Shown here: positions 1-8,782 of the stretch, one piece after another
Layout: each line of letters starts with the position of its first letter
How positions within the stretch are numbered: position 1 is the first letter of the stretch
Assembly: GCA_030691865.1 (NCBI GenBank)
Contig: JAUYDL010000017.1
Coordinates: forward strand, 8,312-32,311
DNA: 24,000 bases
From: Candidatus Omnitrophota bacterium
Lineage (GTDB): Bacteria > Omnitrophota > Gorgyraeia > Gygaellales > Profunditerraquicolaceae
Reading direction: 5' to 3'
Notes under the pieces: generated by a model
What the model was told of the DNA's origin: nothing
Database searches by the model: none
Seen by the model: the letters and a program-made list of their open reading frames with translations, nothing else
Program-made: the position numbers and the translations under genes

Positions 1-35
1 AGGCCCTAAATATAAAAAATTATTAAAAAAAATTT

Positions 36-710
36 ATGAAGATATTAGGGATTGATACTACGACGGCGCGGCTTTGCCTGGGGTTGTATGTAGACGGTAA
101 ATTCTATGAATACAGCCTGCAGGTAGGCAGAAGTCTTTCAGCGTTATTAGTTCCGGCTATTCAGCGGGTGATTCGCGCCGTAGGATTAAAAATAGCGGAT
201 ATTGATTATTTTGCCTGTGGCTTGGGCCCGGGTTCCTTTACGGGAATGCGTATTGGCTTAGCTACGATAAAAGGATTAAGCGTCGTAAAAAATAAGCCGG
301 TGATTGGAATATCGACATTAGATATTCTGGCTAAGAATGCACAAGTAAAAGATCGCTTGATTGTTACTGCGTTGGATGCCAGAAGATCGCTTATTTACTG
401 CAGTTCTTATAAGTATGAACAGGGCAGCTTAAAACGTAAGAGCGCATATTCGCTTCTTAGCCTGGATGAATTAGTAAAAAAGTTTCCCGCCAAGGCGGTT
501 GTTTTAGGAGATGCCGTAGCTTTGTATGGCGATGCGCTACTAACTCGTATCAAGAACGCAACTGTCTTAGATAAAGATTATTGGAGCCCGCAAGCGCACA
601 ATCTTATGGAGCTGGCGCTTGCCAAGATTAAAGCTAAACAATTTTCTTCGGCTTTAACCATTAAACCTATTTATTTATACCCTAAAGAATGCCAAATAAA
701 AACGCGATAG
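36..710 (+). CDS. tsaB: tRNA N6-threonylcarbamoyladenosine biosynthesis protein TsaB (YeaZ family)
   Basis: 224 aa ORF. The N-terminus MKILGIDTTT... and the GPGSFTGMRIG motif are typical of TsaB/YeaZ ASKHA-fold proteins. It overlaps the next gene by 22 nt. Confidence 0.85.
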   Translation: MKILGIDTTTARLCLGLYVDGKFYEYSLQVGRSLSALLVPAIQRVIRAVGLKIADIDYFACGLGPGSFTGMRIGLATIKGLSVVKNKPVIGISTLDILAKNAQVKDRLIVTALDARRSLIYCSSYKYEQGSLKRKSAYSLLSLDELVKKFPAKAVVLGDAVALYGDALLTRIKNATVLDKDYWSPQAHNLMELALAKIKAKQFSSALTIKPIYLYPKECQIKTR

Positions 711-1810
711 GTTACCGGCCCACCTGGGCAGAGGTTAACCTGGATCATTTAGAACATAATTTTAAAGAGGTTAAATCTCTTCTGCGTCCGCAGACAAAAG
801 TTTTGGTTACGGTAAAAGCTGACGCCTACGGCCATGGCTTAGTTGCGGTAGCCAAAAGACTAGTTGCTTGCGGGGTAGATTATCTGGGGGTGGCTTCTAT
901 TGATGAGGGGATAGAATTAAGAAAAACAGGGATAAAAACTCCGATCTTGCTTTTGGGTTTAATTCTTAAAAAAGATATTGGGCCACTTTTTACCTACCAG
1001 CTTATTCCCACTGTTTGTGATAGAGCAATGGCGGTTGCACTTAATACTAGGGCTGCTGTATTAAAACAGAGGATACCTGTACATATTAAAGTCGACACCG
1101 GAATGGGCAGGATCGGAGTTTTACACACTGAGGCGTTGGAATTGGTAACCCATATTCATAAACTTAAAAATATTATAATCCAGGGTATTTTTACGCATTT
1201 TGCCTTGGCGGACTCCAACCGAAAATTTACTGTTTTGCAAATTAATTTATTTAACAAGTTAATTAGTGATTTAAAAAAGAGAGGCATCGTTATTCCCTTG
1301 GTACATGCTGCTAATAGTATCGGGTTAATCAATTACAAGGATAGCCATTTTACTATGGTCAGGCCGGGGTTAGTTATTTATGGTTTAGCTCCTAAGAAAA
1401 ACTTGGGCATAAATTTAAAGCCGGTGTTAACTCTTAAAACCCGCGTGGTTTTTATTAAGCAGGTGGGTCCGGGTTACGGCATAAGTTACGGGTTAACTTA
1501 TGTAACTAAGCGGACAACGCACATTGTTACTTTACCTGTAGGTTATGGTGATGGTTATCCGCGCAATCTTTCCAACTTAGCCTGGCTTTTAATTGGCGGC
1601 AGGCGATTTCGGATTAGCGGTAGAATTTGTATGGACCAGATTATGGTGGATGTGGGTAATTTTAAGCCAAAAATCGGTGATGAAGTCGTTTTGATTGGAA
1701 AGCAGGGTAAACAGGAAATTACTGCCGAAGAGCTTGCGGATCTATCTGGCACGATCTCTTATGAAATTGTTTGTGGTTTAGGCAGCCGGATTCCCAGAAT
1801 CTATAAATAG
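689..1810 (+). CDS. alr: alanine racemase
   Basis: 373 aa ORF with the PLP-lysine motif VKADAYGHG near the N-terminus and the C-terminal GYGDGYPR / ICMDQ blocks characteristic of Alr. Confidence 0.9.
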   Translation: MPNKNAIGYRPTWAEVNLDHLEHNFKEVKSLLRPQTKVLVTVKADAYGHGLVAVAKRLVACGVDYLGVASIDEGIELRKTGIKTPILLLGLILKKDIGPLFTYQLIPTVCDRAMAVALNTRAAVLKQRIPVHIKVDTGMGRIGVLHTEALELVTHIHKLKNIIIQGIFTHFALADSNRKFTVLQINLFNKLISDLKKRGIVIPLVHAANSIGLINYKDSHFTMVRPGLVIYGLAPKKNLGINLKPVLTLKTRVVFIKQVGPGYGISYGLTYVTKRTTHIVTLPVGYGDGYPRNLSNLAWLLIGGRRFRISGRICMDQIMVDVGNFKPKIGDEVVLIGKQGKQEITAEELADLSGTISYEIVCGLGSRIPRIYK

Positions 1811-1855
1811 GGGACGGTTCTCTTGTTCATAAAACCGCTTAAGAGAACCGTCCCC
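1810..1855. repeat. REP-like hairpin copy 1 (GGGGACGGTTCTCTT / AAGAGAACCGTCCCC, 16-nt loop); likely also the alr terminator
   Basis: Perfect 15-bp inverted repeat at 1810-1824 / 1841-1855, followed by a T-rich run (tagttttttcttttatttt). The same stem recurs at 2473-2518, and a shorter form at 10036-10089. Confidence 0.75.
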
Positions 1856-1926
1856 TAGTTTTTTCTTTTATTTTAGTTAGATTTTCCCTTCTTTTGCGTC
1901 AATTATAGTAAGAGGAGGGATTTTTT

Positions 1927-2523
1927 ATGCCTAGAGTTAAAAGGATAGTTCCAGACAATGCGGCTTTACATGTGATCAGTAGAGGCAACAATGGAAATAC
2001 TATATTTCATAGCGATAATGACAAATTGCGATACTATGCGCTATTATGGGAGCTAAAGAATGAGAATAAAATAGATATTTTTCATTATTGTTTGATGAAT
2101 ACCCATATTCATATTATTTTAAATCTTAATCCAGATAGTACTTTGTCAAAATTCATGAAACAGCTAAATTTGACGTACTTTCATTATTACCGAAAAAAGT
2201 ACGGTTATTTTGGCCATTTTTGGCAAGATAGATTTAAAAGTAATATTATTGATAAGGATTCGTATCTATTGCAATGCGGTAAATATATTGAACTTAATCC
2301 TGTCCGCGCAGGCATGGTAAATCGTCCGGAAGAGTATTTATTTTCAAGTTATAATTGTTATGCCAATAATAAACCGGATGAACTTATTATTTTAAGTCCA
2401 ACATATCTTGGATTATCAGATTCTGCGCAAATAAGGCAAGAGCAATATGTTAATTTCGTGGTTGAAAATCAAGGGGACGGTTCTCTTAAGCGGTTTTACG
2501 AAGAAGAGAACCGTCCCCTTTAG
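1927..2523 (+). CDS. IS200-like / REP-associated tyrosine transposase (RAYT, Y1 HUH family)
   Basis: 198 aa ORF with the HUH motif in HYCLMNTHIHIIL and the FWQDRF ... YIELNPVRAGMV block typical of Y1 transposase/RAYT proteins. A strong SD (gaggaggg) lies upstream. The gene is flanked by inverted REP-like hairpins. Confidence 0.8.
   Translation: MPRVKRIVPDNAALHVISRGNNGNTIFHSDNDKLRYYALLWELKNENKIDIFHYCLMNTHIHIILNLNPDSTLSKFMKQLNLTYFHYYRKKYGYFGHFWQDRFKSNIIDKDSYLLQCGKYIELNPVRAGMVNRPEEYLFSSYNCYANNKPDELIILSPTYLGLSDSAQIRQEQYVNFVVENQGDGSLKRFYEEENRPL
2473..2518. repeat. REP-like hairpin copy 2 (inverted relative to copy 1)
   Basis: Same 15-bp stem as copy 1. Its loop aagcggttttacgaag is the reverse complement of the copy 1 loop at 14 of 16 positions. 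It lies inside the last 17 codons of the RAYT ORF and between convergent genes. Confidence 0.75.
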
Positions 2524-3620
2524 GGTAATCTTGCGATAAGATAGAGACTGCTGGACAGAACGATGATATGGCTTAATGAGGCAGCCAGAACAGGCATGAT
2601 CAGCCCGGTTTTTCCTATCGCCAGGCAGACAGCATCCAGGACATAATATAGAAATCCTACAATAATCGAGACCCCGATAGACGACATCCCAGTGGCGCGT
2701 TTACGCATTAGAAGCGAAAAAGGAATTCCCAGGAGTATAATGATGATGCTGGTAAATGGCGCGGTAAAGCGTTGATAGAGGTCCACCTTTAAATTCCGGA
2801 TTACGGTAGTTGCCCCGCTTTTAGAAAGTATCCAGATATAATCCTGCATTTGGCGTATATTCATCTGCTCCGGCTTTTGTCTTAAGGAGACAAGGTCTTT
2901 AGGAGTTTCCGGGATACTCATAATCTCTTCTTCAAAATAACCTGGTTCATCGATTACCTGCCCGTTTTGGTCAAATTTATAAGTAATACTTTGAAAGAAT
3001 TTCCATAATCCATCCTGATAAATTCCTCTGGTGGCGATAATTTTTTTAGTCAGATTTTGATTTTCATCCTGTTCCAGAATAGTGATTCCTTCCATGGTTT
3101 TGGTAGCAGGCAAAAACTTACTGATAAAAAATAACCTGTTCCTTAAACCGTAGAGGGTAAGATTAATGATGGGCTCGTTTTTCTTAGGTTTACCTTTTGG
3201 CGAACCTTCTTCGATCTGGATTTTAATCTTTTGATTTTCTGTTAGAGAGACAGGCACGAATCTGTCATTTACCCAGAATACCGCTAAGCTAATTAGTAAA
3301 CCAAAGATTAGAGCATTGCGGGCAATTTCAAATATGCTTAAGCCGCTTGAACGCATGGCAATTATTTCATTATTGTGATTAAGTTTTCCGAAAGTGTAAA
3401 CCGTACTTAAGAGGCAGGCAAAAGGGGAGACCTGCACAAACATGATCGGCAGGTACGAGATGTAGTAACGTGCCAGGAGCGCTAAGGTGGCCTGGTGTCT
3501 TAATATCTCATCTAAATTAGAAAGCAGGTCAATGACGATATAGAGAAACAGAAATACAAAAATGCAGGAAAAGAATATATGAATAATCGATTTTAAGATG
3601 TAACGGTCTAAGATGCGCAT
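2520..3620 (-). CDS. lptG: LPS export ABC transporter permease LptG (YjgP/YjgQ family)
   Basis: 366 aa polytopic membrane protein. It has the MRILDRYI... N-terminus and the NNEIIAMRSSGLS motif of the LptF/LptG family. It is the second gene of an overlapping pair. Confidence 0.8.
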   Translation of the reverse strand: MRILDRYILKSIIHIFFSCIFVFLFLYIVIDLLSNLDEILRHQATLALLARYYISYLPIMFVQVSPFACLLSTVYTFGKLNHNNEIIAMRSSGLSIFEIARNALIFGLLISLAVFWVNDRFVPVSLTENQKIKIQIEEGSPKGKPKKNEPIINLTLYGLRNRLFFISKFLPATKTMEGITILEQDENQNLTKKIIATRGIYQDGLWKFFQSITYKFDQNGQVIDEPGYFEEEIMSIPETPKDLVSLRQKPEQMNIRQMQDYIWILSKSGATTVIRNLKVDLYQRFTAPFTSIIIILLGIPFSLLMRKRATGMSSIGVSIIVGFLYYVLDAVCLAIGKTGLIMPVLAASLSHIIVLSSSLYLIARLP

Positions 3621-4711
3621 AGTTTATAGGTTAAGTATCCTCCGATAGAGGCAAAGATGATATTGGGTAACCACAGAGCAAAGGCTGCCGGCAGGACTCC
3701 TTCCATGGCCAGTGCGGTTAAGCCGATATACAAAGGATAATAGCAGACAATGATTAATACGGCAATTCCAATGTTAATGGATTTTTCGCGCCGGCGTGTA
3801 ATAATTCCCAGAGAAGATCCCAGGAGCATGAAGACAAAACAGGAGAAGGCTAAAGCTAACTTTTCATGAATTTTGGTAATCAGCGGAGCCGGGTTGATGC
3901 CTTCGGATTTAAGTTTAGCCGCCTCTTTCTTTAGTTCATGAATAGTCATTTCTTTATATTTCTTTTCGACAACCTTATTCTGCATCTGGGCAATATCCAG
4001 ATTCATAAAGTAAGTACGGAAATTAAGCTTGTAGAAGTTGGTGGGGTTTTCCGGGTCAGGCTCATCAGAAGTCCCGTCGATAAGTTTTAATTTTATAGCA
4101 TTTTGGCCGGGAATAGTGATAAATTCTCCGGCTTTAGCCACAATCGTGCGCGTTGGCCGGTCTTCGCCCTGGGGTTCATAGATCCGGATGTTATTAAGCC
4201 GGTTTTTCTTCTGGTCAACATGGTAGATAAAGAGGATGTATTTTTTGAAGGAATCAATGAATACTCCCTCTTCAAAGGCGGCGGTAGGGTTCTTGATACC
4301 CATCTCATGTAAGGTCTTACGGTAAGCAAAATGCGAATATGAAGCTGCCTGGTCATTAAAAACTACCAGGGCTAAACTTAAGGCCAGGCCGATAGTTAAT
4401 AAAGGCAGCATTAATTTAAATAGGTTTATGCCGCTTGAGCGGATGGCGATTACTTCATTATCGCCGCTTAATCTGCCCAGGGCAAGCAATACTGCCACCA
4501 GTATTGATATCGGCAAGGTATAGGTGACAATATAAGGAGTAAGATAGATAAAAATCTTAATTACGCTAAATATATCCACTCCTTTATTGATGACTAAATC
4601 CGCAATGCGTTTTAAGTTGCCGATGAGCACCATGACAAAGGTTAATACTCCCAGGCATAATAATAGCGGCCCGAGGAACTCTCTTAAGATATAATTACGC
4701 AGGATCTTCAT
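3608..4711 (-). CDS. lptF: LPS export ABC transporter permease LptF (YjgP/YjgQ family)
   Basis: 367 aa ORF with the MKILRNYILREF... N-terminus, the DNEVIAIRSSGIN motif and a large periplasmic loop. It is the first gene of the lptFG pair. Confidence 0.8.
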   Translation of the reverse strand: MKILRNYILREFLGPLLLCLGVLTFVMVLIGNLKRIADLVINKGVDIFSVIKIFIYLTPYIVTYTLPISILVAVLLALGRLSGDNEVIAIRSSGINLFKLMLPLLTIGLALSLALVVFNDQAASYSHFAYRKTLHEMGIKNPTAAFEEGVFIDSFKKYILFIYHVDQKKNRLNNIRIYEPQGEDRPTRTIVAKAGEFITIPGQNAIKLKLIDGTSDEPDPENPTNFYKLNFRTYFMNLDIAQMQNKVVEKKYKEMTIHELKKEAAKLKSEGINPAPLITKIHEKLALAFSCFVFMLLGSSLGIITRRREKSINIGIAVLIIVCYYPLYIGLTALAMEGVLPAAFALWLPNIIFASIGGYLTYKLCAS

Positions 4712-4713
4712 GA

Positions 4714-5445
4714 TTAGCAGGCTAGAGTCAAAAGGAGCACTTTTCTAGCTCCGGCTTCTTTTAAGCATTTGGCTGCCTCGTTTGAGGTGGCCCCGGTAGT
4801 TAAGACATCATCGATAAGTAGTAAATTGGTATCTTTAATTAATTCCGGTTTGGTCACTGAGAAACTTTTCTCCACATTTTGGCAGCGTTGCCGGAAGGTT
4901 AGCTCCGTCTGAGTCTTGGTGGGCTTAACGCGGATGAGGGCATCGGTTAAGACCTTTTTGGCGAACTCTCGGGCGACCTCTTGACTTAAGATTTCAGCTT
5001 GGTTAAATTCTCTCTCCCGCTGCCGGCTCCTGTGCAGTGGTATCGGGACAACGAAATCAAGATGTTCGATGGGCAATTGGTAATCCCGGATAAATGTATA
5101 CATTAGCTTTCCCAAGGGTTTGCCCAGATAATCCTTACCGGAATATTTAAATTCATGGATCAGTTTCTTGACGGTTCCGGTATATATACAGGGGCTAAAG
5201 GCCCGGTCAAAATAAAAATTTGCTCCGCACTTTGAGCAACTTGGACAGGCGTTTTTTTCTATTGCTTGGGAGTCCAGGTGCCTGCCGCAGCTGGCGCAGA
5301 AGGGGGGTAGATTTTTCTCAACTTTATCCCAACAGCTAGCGCAGATTAATTGCTGTTGGTCAGCTGGCGGGATCCTATTTTTACAAACTAAACAGCAGTT
5401 TGGATAAATTAAATCCTTTAAGCCCTTAAACAGCCACCGCAACAT
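4714..5445 (-). CDS. comF: ComF family protein (double zinc-ribbon plus phosphoribosyltransferase domain)
   Basis: 243 aa ORF. The N-terminal CxxC clusters (CCLVCKN, CASCW, CASCG, CPSCSKCG) and the C-terminal PRTase motif LLLIDDVLTTGAT fit the ComFC family. Confidence 0.8.
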   Translation of the reverse strand: MLRWLFKGLKDLIYPNCCLVCKNRIPPADQQQLICASCWDKVEKNLPPFCASCGRHLDSQAIEKNACPSCSKCGANFYFDRAFSPCIYTGTVKKLIHEFKYSGKDYLGKPLGKLMYTFIRDYQLPIEHLDFVVPIPLHRSRQREREFNQAEILSQEVAREFAKKVLTDALIRVKPTKTQTELTFRQRCQNVEKSFSVTKPELIKDTNLLLIDDVLTTGATSNEAAKCLKEAGARKVLLLTLAC

Positions 5446-5485
5446 AAAGATATAATATCAATGAAAATTAGGTTTGTCAAAGTAA

Positions 5486-5514
5486 TTGACAGTCGGCCTT
5501 ATCGATAGTAGAAT
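5486..5514 (+). promoter_or_regulatory. sigma70-type promoter TTGACA-N17-TAGAAT for pyrE
   Basis: TTGACA at 5486-5491, a 17-nt spacer, and TAGAAT at 5509-5514. The pyrE ATG lies 7 nt after the -10 element and no SD is visible. Confidence 0.5.
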
Positions 5515-5521
5515 AAAAATC

Positions 5522-6082
5522 ATGGAAAAGCTAAATCCTGCGGAATTAAAAGTTAGATTATTCAATTTATTAAACCAAGAGGCCTTAAAAAGAGGTAAAT
5601 TCCTGCTTTCTTCCGGCAAAGAAAGTAATTATTATCTTGACGGCCGCGTAATTACTCTGAGCCCGCAAGGCGCCTATTTAGTTGCCAGTATAATTCTGGA
5701 TATGCTTAAAGGTGAAATTTTAGATGCAATCGGCGGACCAACCTTAGGGGCTGATCCCATTGTCGGAGCCCTGGCGGCATTAAGCTATATCAATAGGCAG
5801 CCGATTAAAACTTTCATTGTGCGTAAACAGGCCAAGGAGCATGGAACGCTGCAGCGAGTAGAGGGTCCGGCACTGAAAAATGGCGATCGGGTAATCCTGG
5901 TAGATGATGTAGCTACCAGCGGTAAGGCGATTCTGGAAGCCAAACAGGCTTTGGACAAAATCGGGGTAATCGCCGAAAAGGCAATTGTGATTGTGGACCG
6001 CAACCAGGGCGCTGCAGATAATTTAGCCAAAGTAGGTGTAAAGTTAGTATCAATTTTTAAGATCGCAGATTTCGGTCTTTAG
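5522..6082 (+). CDS. pyrE: orotate phosphoribosyltransferase
   Basis: GKFLLSSGKESNYYLDGR and the PRPP motif RVILVDDVATSGKA match PyrE. The start is placed at ATG 5522 (MEKLN...). The track start at 5486 is a TTG that coincides with the -35 hexamer. Confidence 0.85.
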   Translation: MEKLNPAELKVRLFNLLNQEALKRGKFLLSSGKESNYYLDGRVITLSPQGAYLVASIILDMLKGEILDAIGGPTLGADPIVGALAALSYINRQPIKTFIVRKQAKEHGTLQRVEGPALKNGDRVILVDDVATSGKAILEAKQALDKIGVIAEKAIVIVDRNQGAADNLAKVGVKLVSIFKIADFGL

Positions 6083-6090
6083 ATATCTTC

Positions 6091-7335
6091 GTGGAAAAAA
6101 TAAAAATTGTGGTAGTGGGCGGGGGGCCATCAGGTATGATGGCGGCAATCCGGGCGCAAGTTCTTGGCCAGGAGGTAATCCTGCTGGAAAAAAAGAGCAC
6201 TCTGGGTAACAAACTTCTCCTAAGCGGCAAAGGCCGCTGTAATCTTACCAATACAGAAGATCTTCCTAATTTTCTAAAACGTTTTTCTAAAAATGGCGAT
6301 TTCTTAAGGGATGCCTTTAAGAAATTCTTTAATCAAGAGTTGATCTCTTTTTTCGAGCAGCGGGGTTTAAAGCTGAAAATTGAACGTCAACTGCGTGTAT
6401 TTCCGCAGAGCGATCGATCGGCCGGTATTCTTAATTTATTAGAAAATGAGCTGGTTAAGGTTGGAGTGCAGGTTATTTGCCGGAGTAAGGTTGTGGATTT
6501 AATTGTTTCCGGTGGCCGGGCTAAAGGAGTGCGTTTGGAGAATGGACAAAATATTCTCTGCGACCGGGTTATTTTAGCTTCCGGAGGCGCAAGCTATAGC
6601 TTTACTGGCTCTGACGCTTCGGGGATAAATATTGCTAAAAGACTGGGGCATGTAATCGTATCTTTGCAGGCAGGTTTAATCCCGCTGGATGTGAAACAAA
6701 ATTATGTCAAAAAGTTAGAAGGGTTAACTTTACGTAATATTAAGCTTAAATTTTCTGACGCAAAACGGGAGATTATCTCTGAGATCGGCGAATTGATTTT
6801 TACCTCAAGCGGAATATCCGGGCCGCTGGTCATTACTTTAAGCGGTAAAGTCATAGATTTGTTGGCACCGAATAAAACCGTTTTTGTAGATATAGATTTA
6901 AAGCCCGCTCTATCGATTCAACAGTTGGACGCCCGTCTGCTTAGGGAGTTTAAATTAAATTCCAAAAAAAGCATTAAGAATATGCTTAAAGAGTTATTAC
7001 CTTTACGCTTAATTATGGTTTTTACCGATGCCGCCGGAATTGATCCGCTAAAAAAATGCAGCCAGATTACGCAAAAGGAAAGGGAAAAGATTATTTCTTT
7101 ACTTAAAGGTTTTCATTTGGAGATCTCCGGGCCCCGGCCGATTGAAGAGGGGATGGTTACCCGGGGCGGGGTAAGTTTAAAACAGATCGATCCGCGCACG
7201 ATGGAGTCGCGCCTGGTTAAAGGCCTATATTTTTGCGGGGAGATGATTGATGTGGATGCGGATACCGGAGGATTTAACCTTCAGGCAGCTTTCTCAACCG
7301 GGTATCTAGCCGGAGAAAGCGCGGCATTAAGTTAA
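6091..7335 (+). CDS. NAD(P)/FAD-dependent oxidoreductase, HI0933/YhiN (BaiN-like) flavoprotein family
   Basis: 414 aa ORF with a GTG start. The Rossmann motif VVVGGGPSGMMAA, the GKGRCNLTN block and the C-terminal GGFNLQAAFSTG are typical of the HI0933-like family. Confidence 0.8.
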   Translation: MEKIKIVVVGGGPSGMMAAIRAQVLGQEVILLEKKSTLGNKLLLSGKGRCNLTNTEDLPNFLKRFSKNGDFLRDAFKKFFNQELISFFEQRGLKLKIERQLRVFPQSDRSAGILNLLENELVKVGVQVICRSKVVDLIVSGGRAKGVRLENGQNILCDRVILASGGASYSFTGSDASGINIAKRLGHVIVSLQAGLIPLDVKQNYVKKLEGLTLRNIKLKFSDAKREIISEIGELIFTSSGISGPLVITLSGKVIDLLAPNKTVFVDIDLKPALSIQQLDARLLREFKLNSKKSIKNMLKELLPLRLIMVFTDAAGIDPLKKCSQITQKEREKIISLLKGFHLEISGPRPIEEGMVTRGGVSLKQIDPRTMESRLVKGLYFCGEMIDVDADTGGFNLQAAFSTGYLAGESAALS

Positions 7336-7441
7336 CGATACGGGTAATAAGTCTTGATTCGTGGATCCTGTCTTGGGTATTTTCTAGCGCTGACGCGCTT
7401 CGAAAACACCCAAGCCACCCACGAAATAGCTAAAAACCCTT

Positions 7442-8782
7442 ATGGAAAAAATTTACTTAGCCTCCAATTCTAAGGCCAGAAAAAAACTGTTAGAGAAATT
7501 TGGCTTGAAGTTTAAAATCCTGCCTTCTAAAGTTAAAGAGCAGGCCAGGCGCGGTAATTTATCATATTCTCAACTTGTACAGAATAATGCCCGGAATAAG
7601 GCTGAAAGAGCGGCCGCCAGGGTACCCGATGGAATTATTATTGCCGCAGATACTATTTGCGTGCAGGATGGTAAGATATTCGGCAAGCCGAAAAATATAC
7701 CAGATGCCCGTCGGATGCTTAGGCAGTTATCCAGTAAGCCGCAATGGCTTTATACCGGCCTGGCAGTAATAAAAAAAGCTAAGGGTAAACAGAGGCTAGC
7801 GCTGGATTATGAAAAAACAAAAGTGTATATGGATAAATTAAGCTTCGGCCAGATTAATAATTATTTTAAACAGGTTTCTCCTTTGGATAAGGCAGGGAGT
7901 TTTGATATTCAGGGTAAAGGGGCATTTTTTATTAAGAGAATTGACGGCTGTTTCTATAATGTGGTCGGCTTGCCTTTAAGAAAGCTTTATCGTATTTTTA
8001 GGAAGCTGGGGTTATTTCTTATGATCTGTGCTATTTTTGGCCTGGCGGGTTGTTCCACGGAATATAATTTGGCCACTAAACAGGAGGAAAAATATTATTA
8101 TAGTACAGATCAAGAGGTACAGATGGGCCAGTCAATTAACCAGAGGGTAGAAAAAGAATTGAAATTCTCCGCTGACCCTTTGCAGCAAAAACGCGTGGAA
8201 GATATCGGTAAAAAAATAGCCGCAGTCAGCGACAGAAAAGAGATTGATTACCATTTTCGGGTTTTAGATGATGATGAGATTAATGCCGTGTCTTTACCCG
8301 GAGGCTATGTCTATGTCAATAGCGGATTATTAGATAAAGTTGCTAATGATGATGAGTTGGCTTGTATTTTAGCGCACGAAGTAAGCCATATTGTTGCCCG
8401 GCATAGTATCAAGAAGCTTCAAGCGATGCAAAGCTACTCTATTTTAAGAGTATTAGTGGCTGTCGCTCCGGGCACCTCAGAAGTAAGTAATGCCGCGGAT
8501 GCTGCCTTTGCTCAATTTCTGCTTGGTTATGGCCGCCAAGATGAGTTATTGGCAGACCAACTGGGGACGCGTTACGCTAAGTTGGCGGGTTATGATCCGC
8601 ATGGTATGGTTACTTTTTTAATTAAGCTGCAGGATATAAACCGCAGGATGCCGCTTAGGGAGCGCTCATACTATAAGACTCACCCCTATGTTCCTGATCG
8701 GATCAGGGTGGTTAAACAGGAGCTGGGAGAGCAAATTGATTTCGGAGACTATATTAATATTGAACAAGAAACTCATGAATAA
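7442..8782 (+). CDS. Maf-like nucleoside triphosphate pyrophosphatase domain continuous in frame with an M48 (HExxH) metallopeptidase domain
   Basis: Residues 1-190 resemble Maf (ASNSKARKKLL, DKAGSFDIQG, YNVVGLP). Residues 190-204 form a hydrophobic segment with a lipobox-like LAGC. Residues 205-446 carry HEVSH (8375-8389) plus a downstream Glu region typical of M48/BepA-like peptidases. No stop codon separates the two parts. Confidence 0.7.
   Translation: MEKIYLASNSKARKKLLEKFGLKFKILPSKVKEQARRGNLSYSQLVQNNARNKAERAAARVPDGIIIAADTICVQDGKIFGKPKNIPDARRMLRQLSSKPQWLYTGLAVIKKAKGKQRLALDYEKTKVYMDKLSFGQINNYFKQVSPLDKAGSFDIQGKGAFFIKRIDGCFYNVVGLPLRKLYRIFRKLGLFLMICAIFGLAGCSTEYNLATKQEEKYYYSTDQEVQMGQSINQRVEKELKFSADPLQQKRVEDIGKKIAAVSDRKEIDYHFRVLDDDEINAVSLPGGYVYVNSGLLDKVANDDELACILAHEVSHIVARHSIKKLQAMQSYSILRVLVAVAPGTSEVSNAADAAFAQFLLGYGRQDELLADQLGTRYAKLAGYDPHGMVTFLIKLQDINRRMPLRERSYYKTHPYVPDRIRVVKQELGEQIDFGDYINIEQETHE

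Noticed and set aside
8688-8774. Longer start for the glycoside hydrolase ORF, overlapping the M48 gene by 95 nt
   Set aside because: The signal peptide starts at the internal ATG 8775. The upstream part overlaps the conserved C-terminus of the peptidase in another frame.
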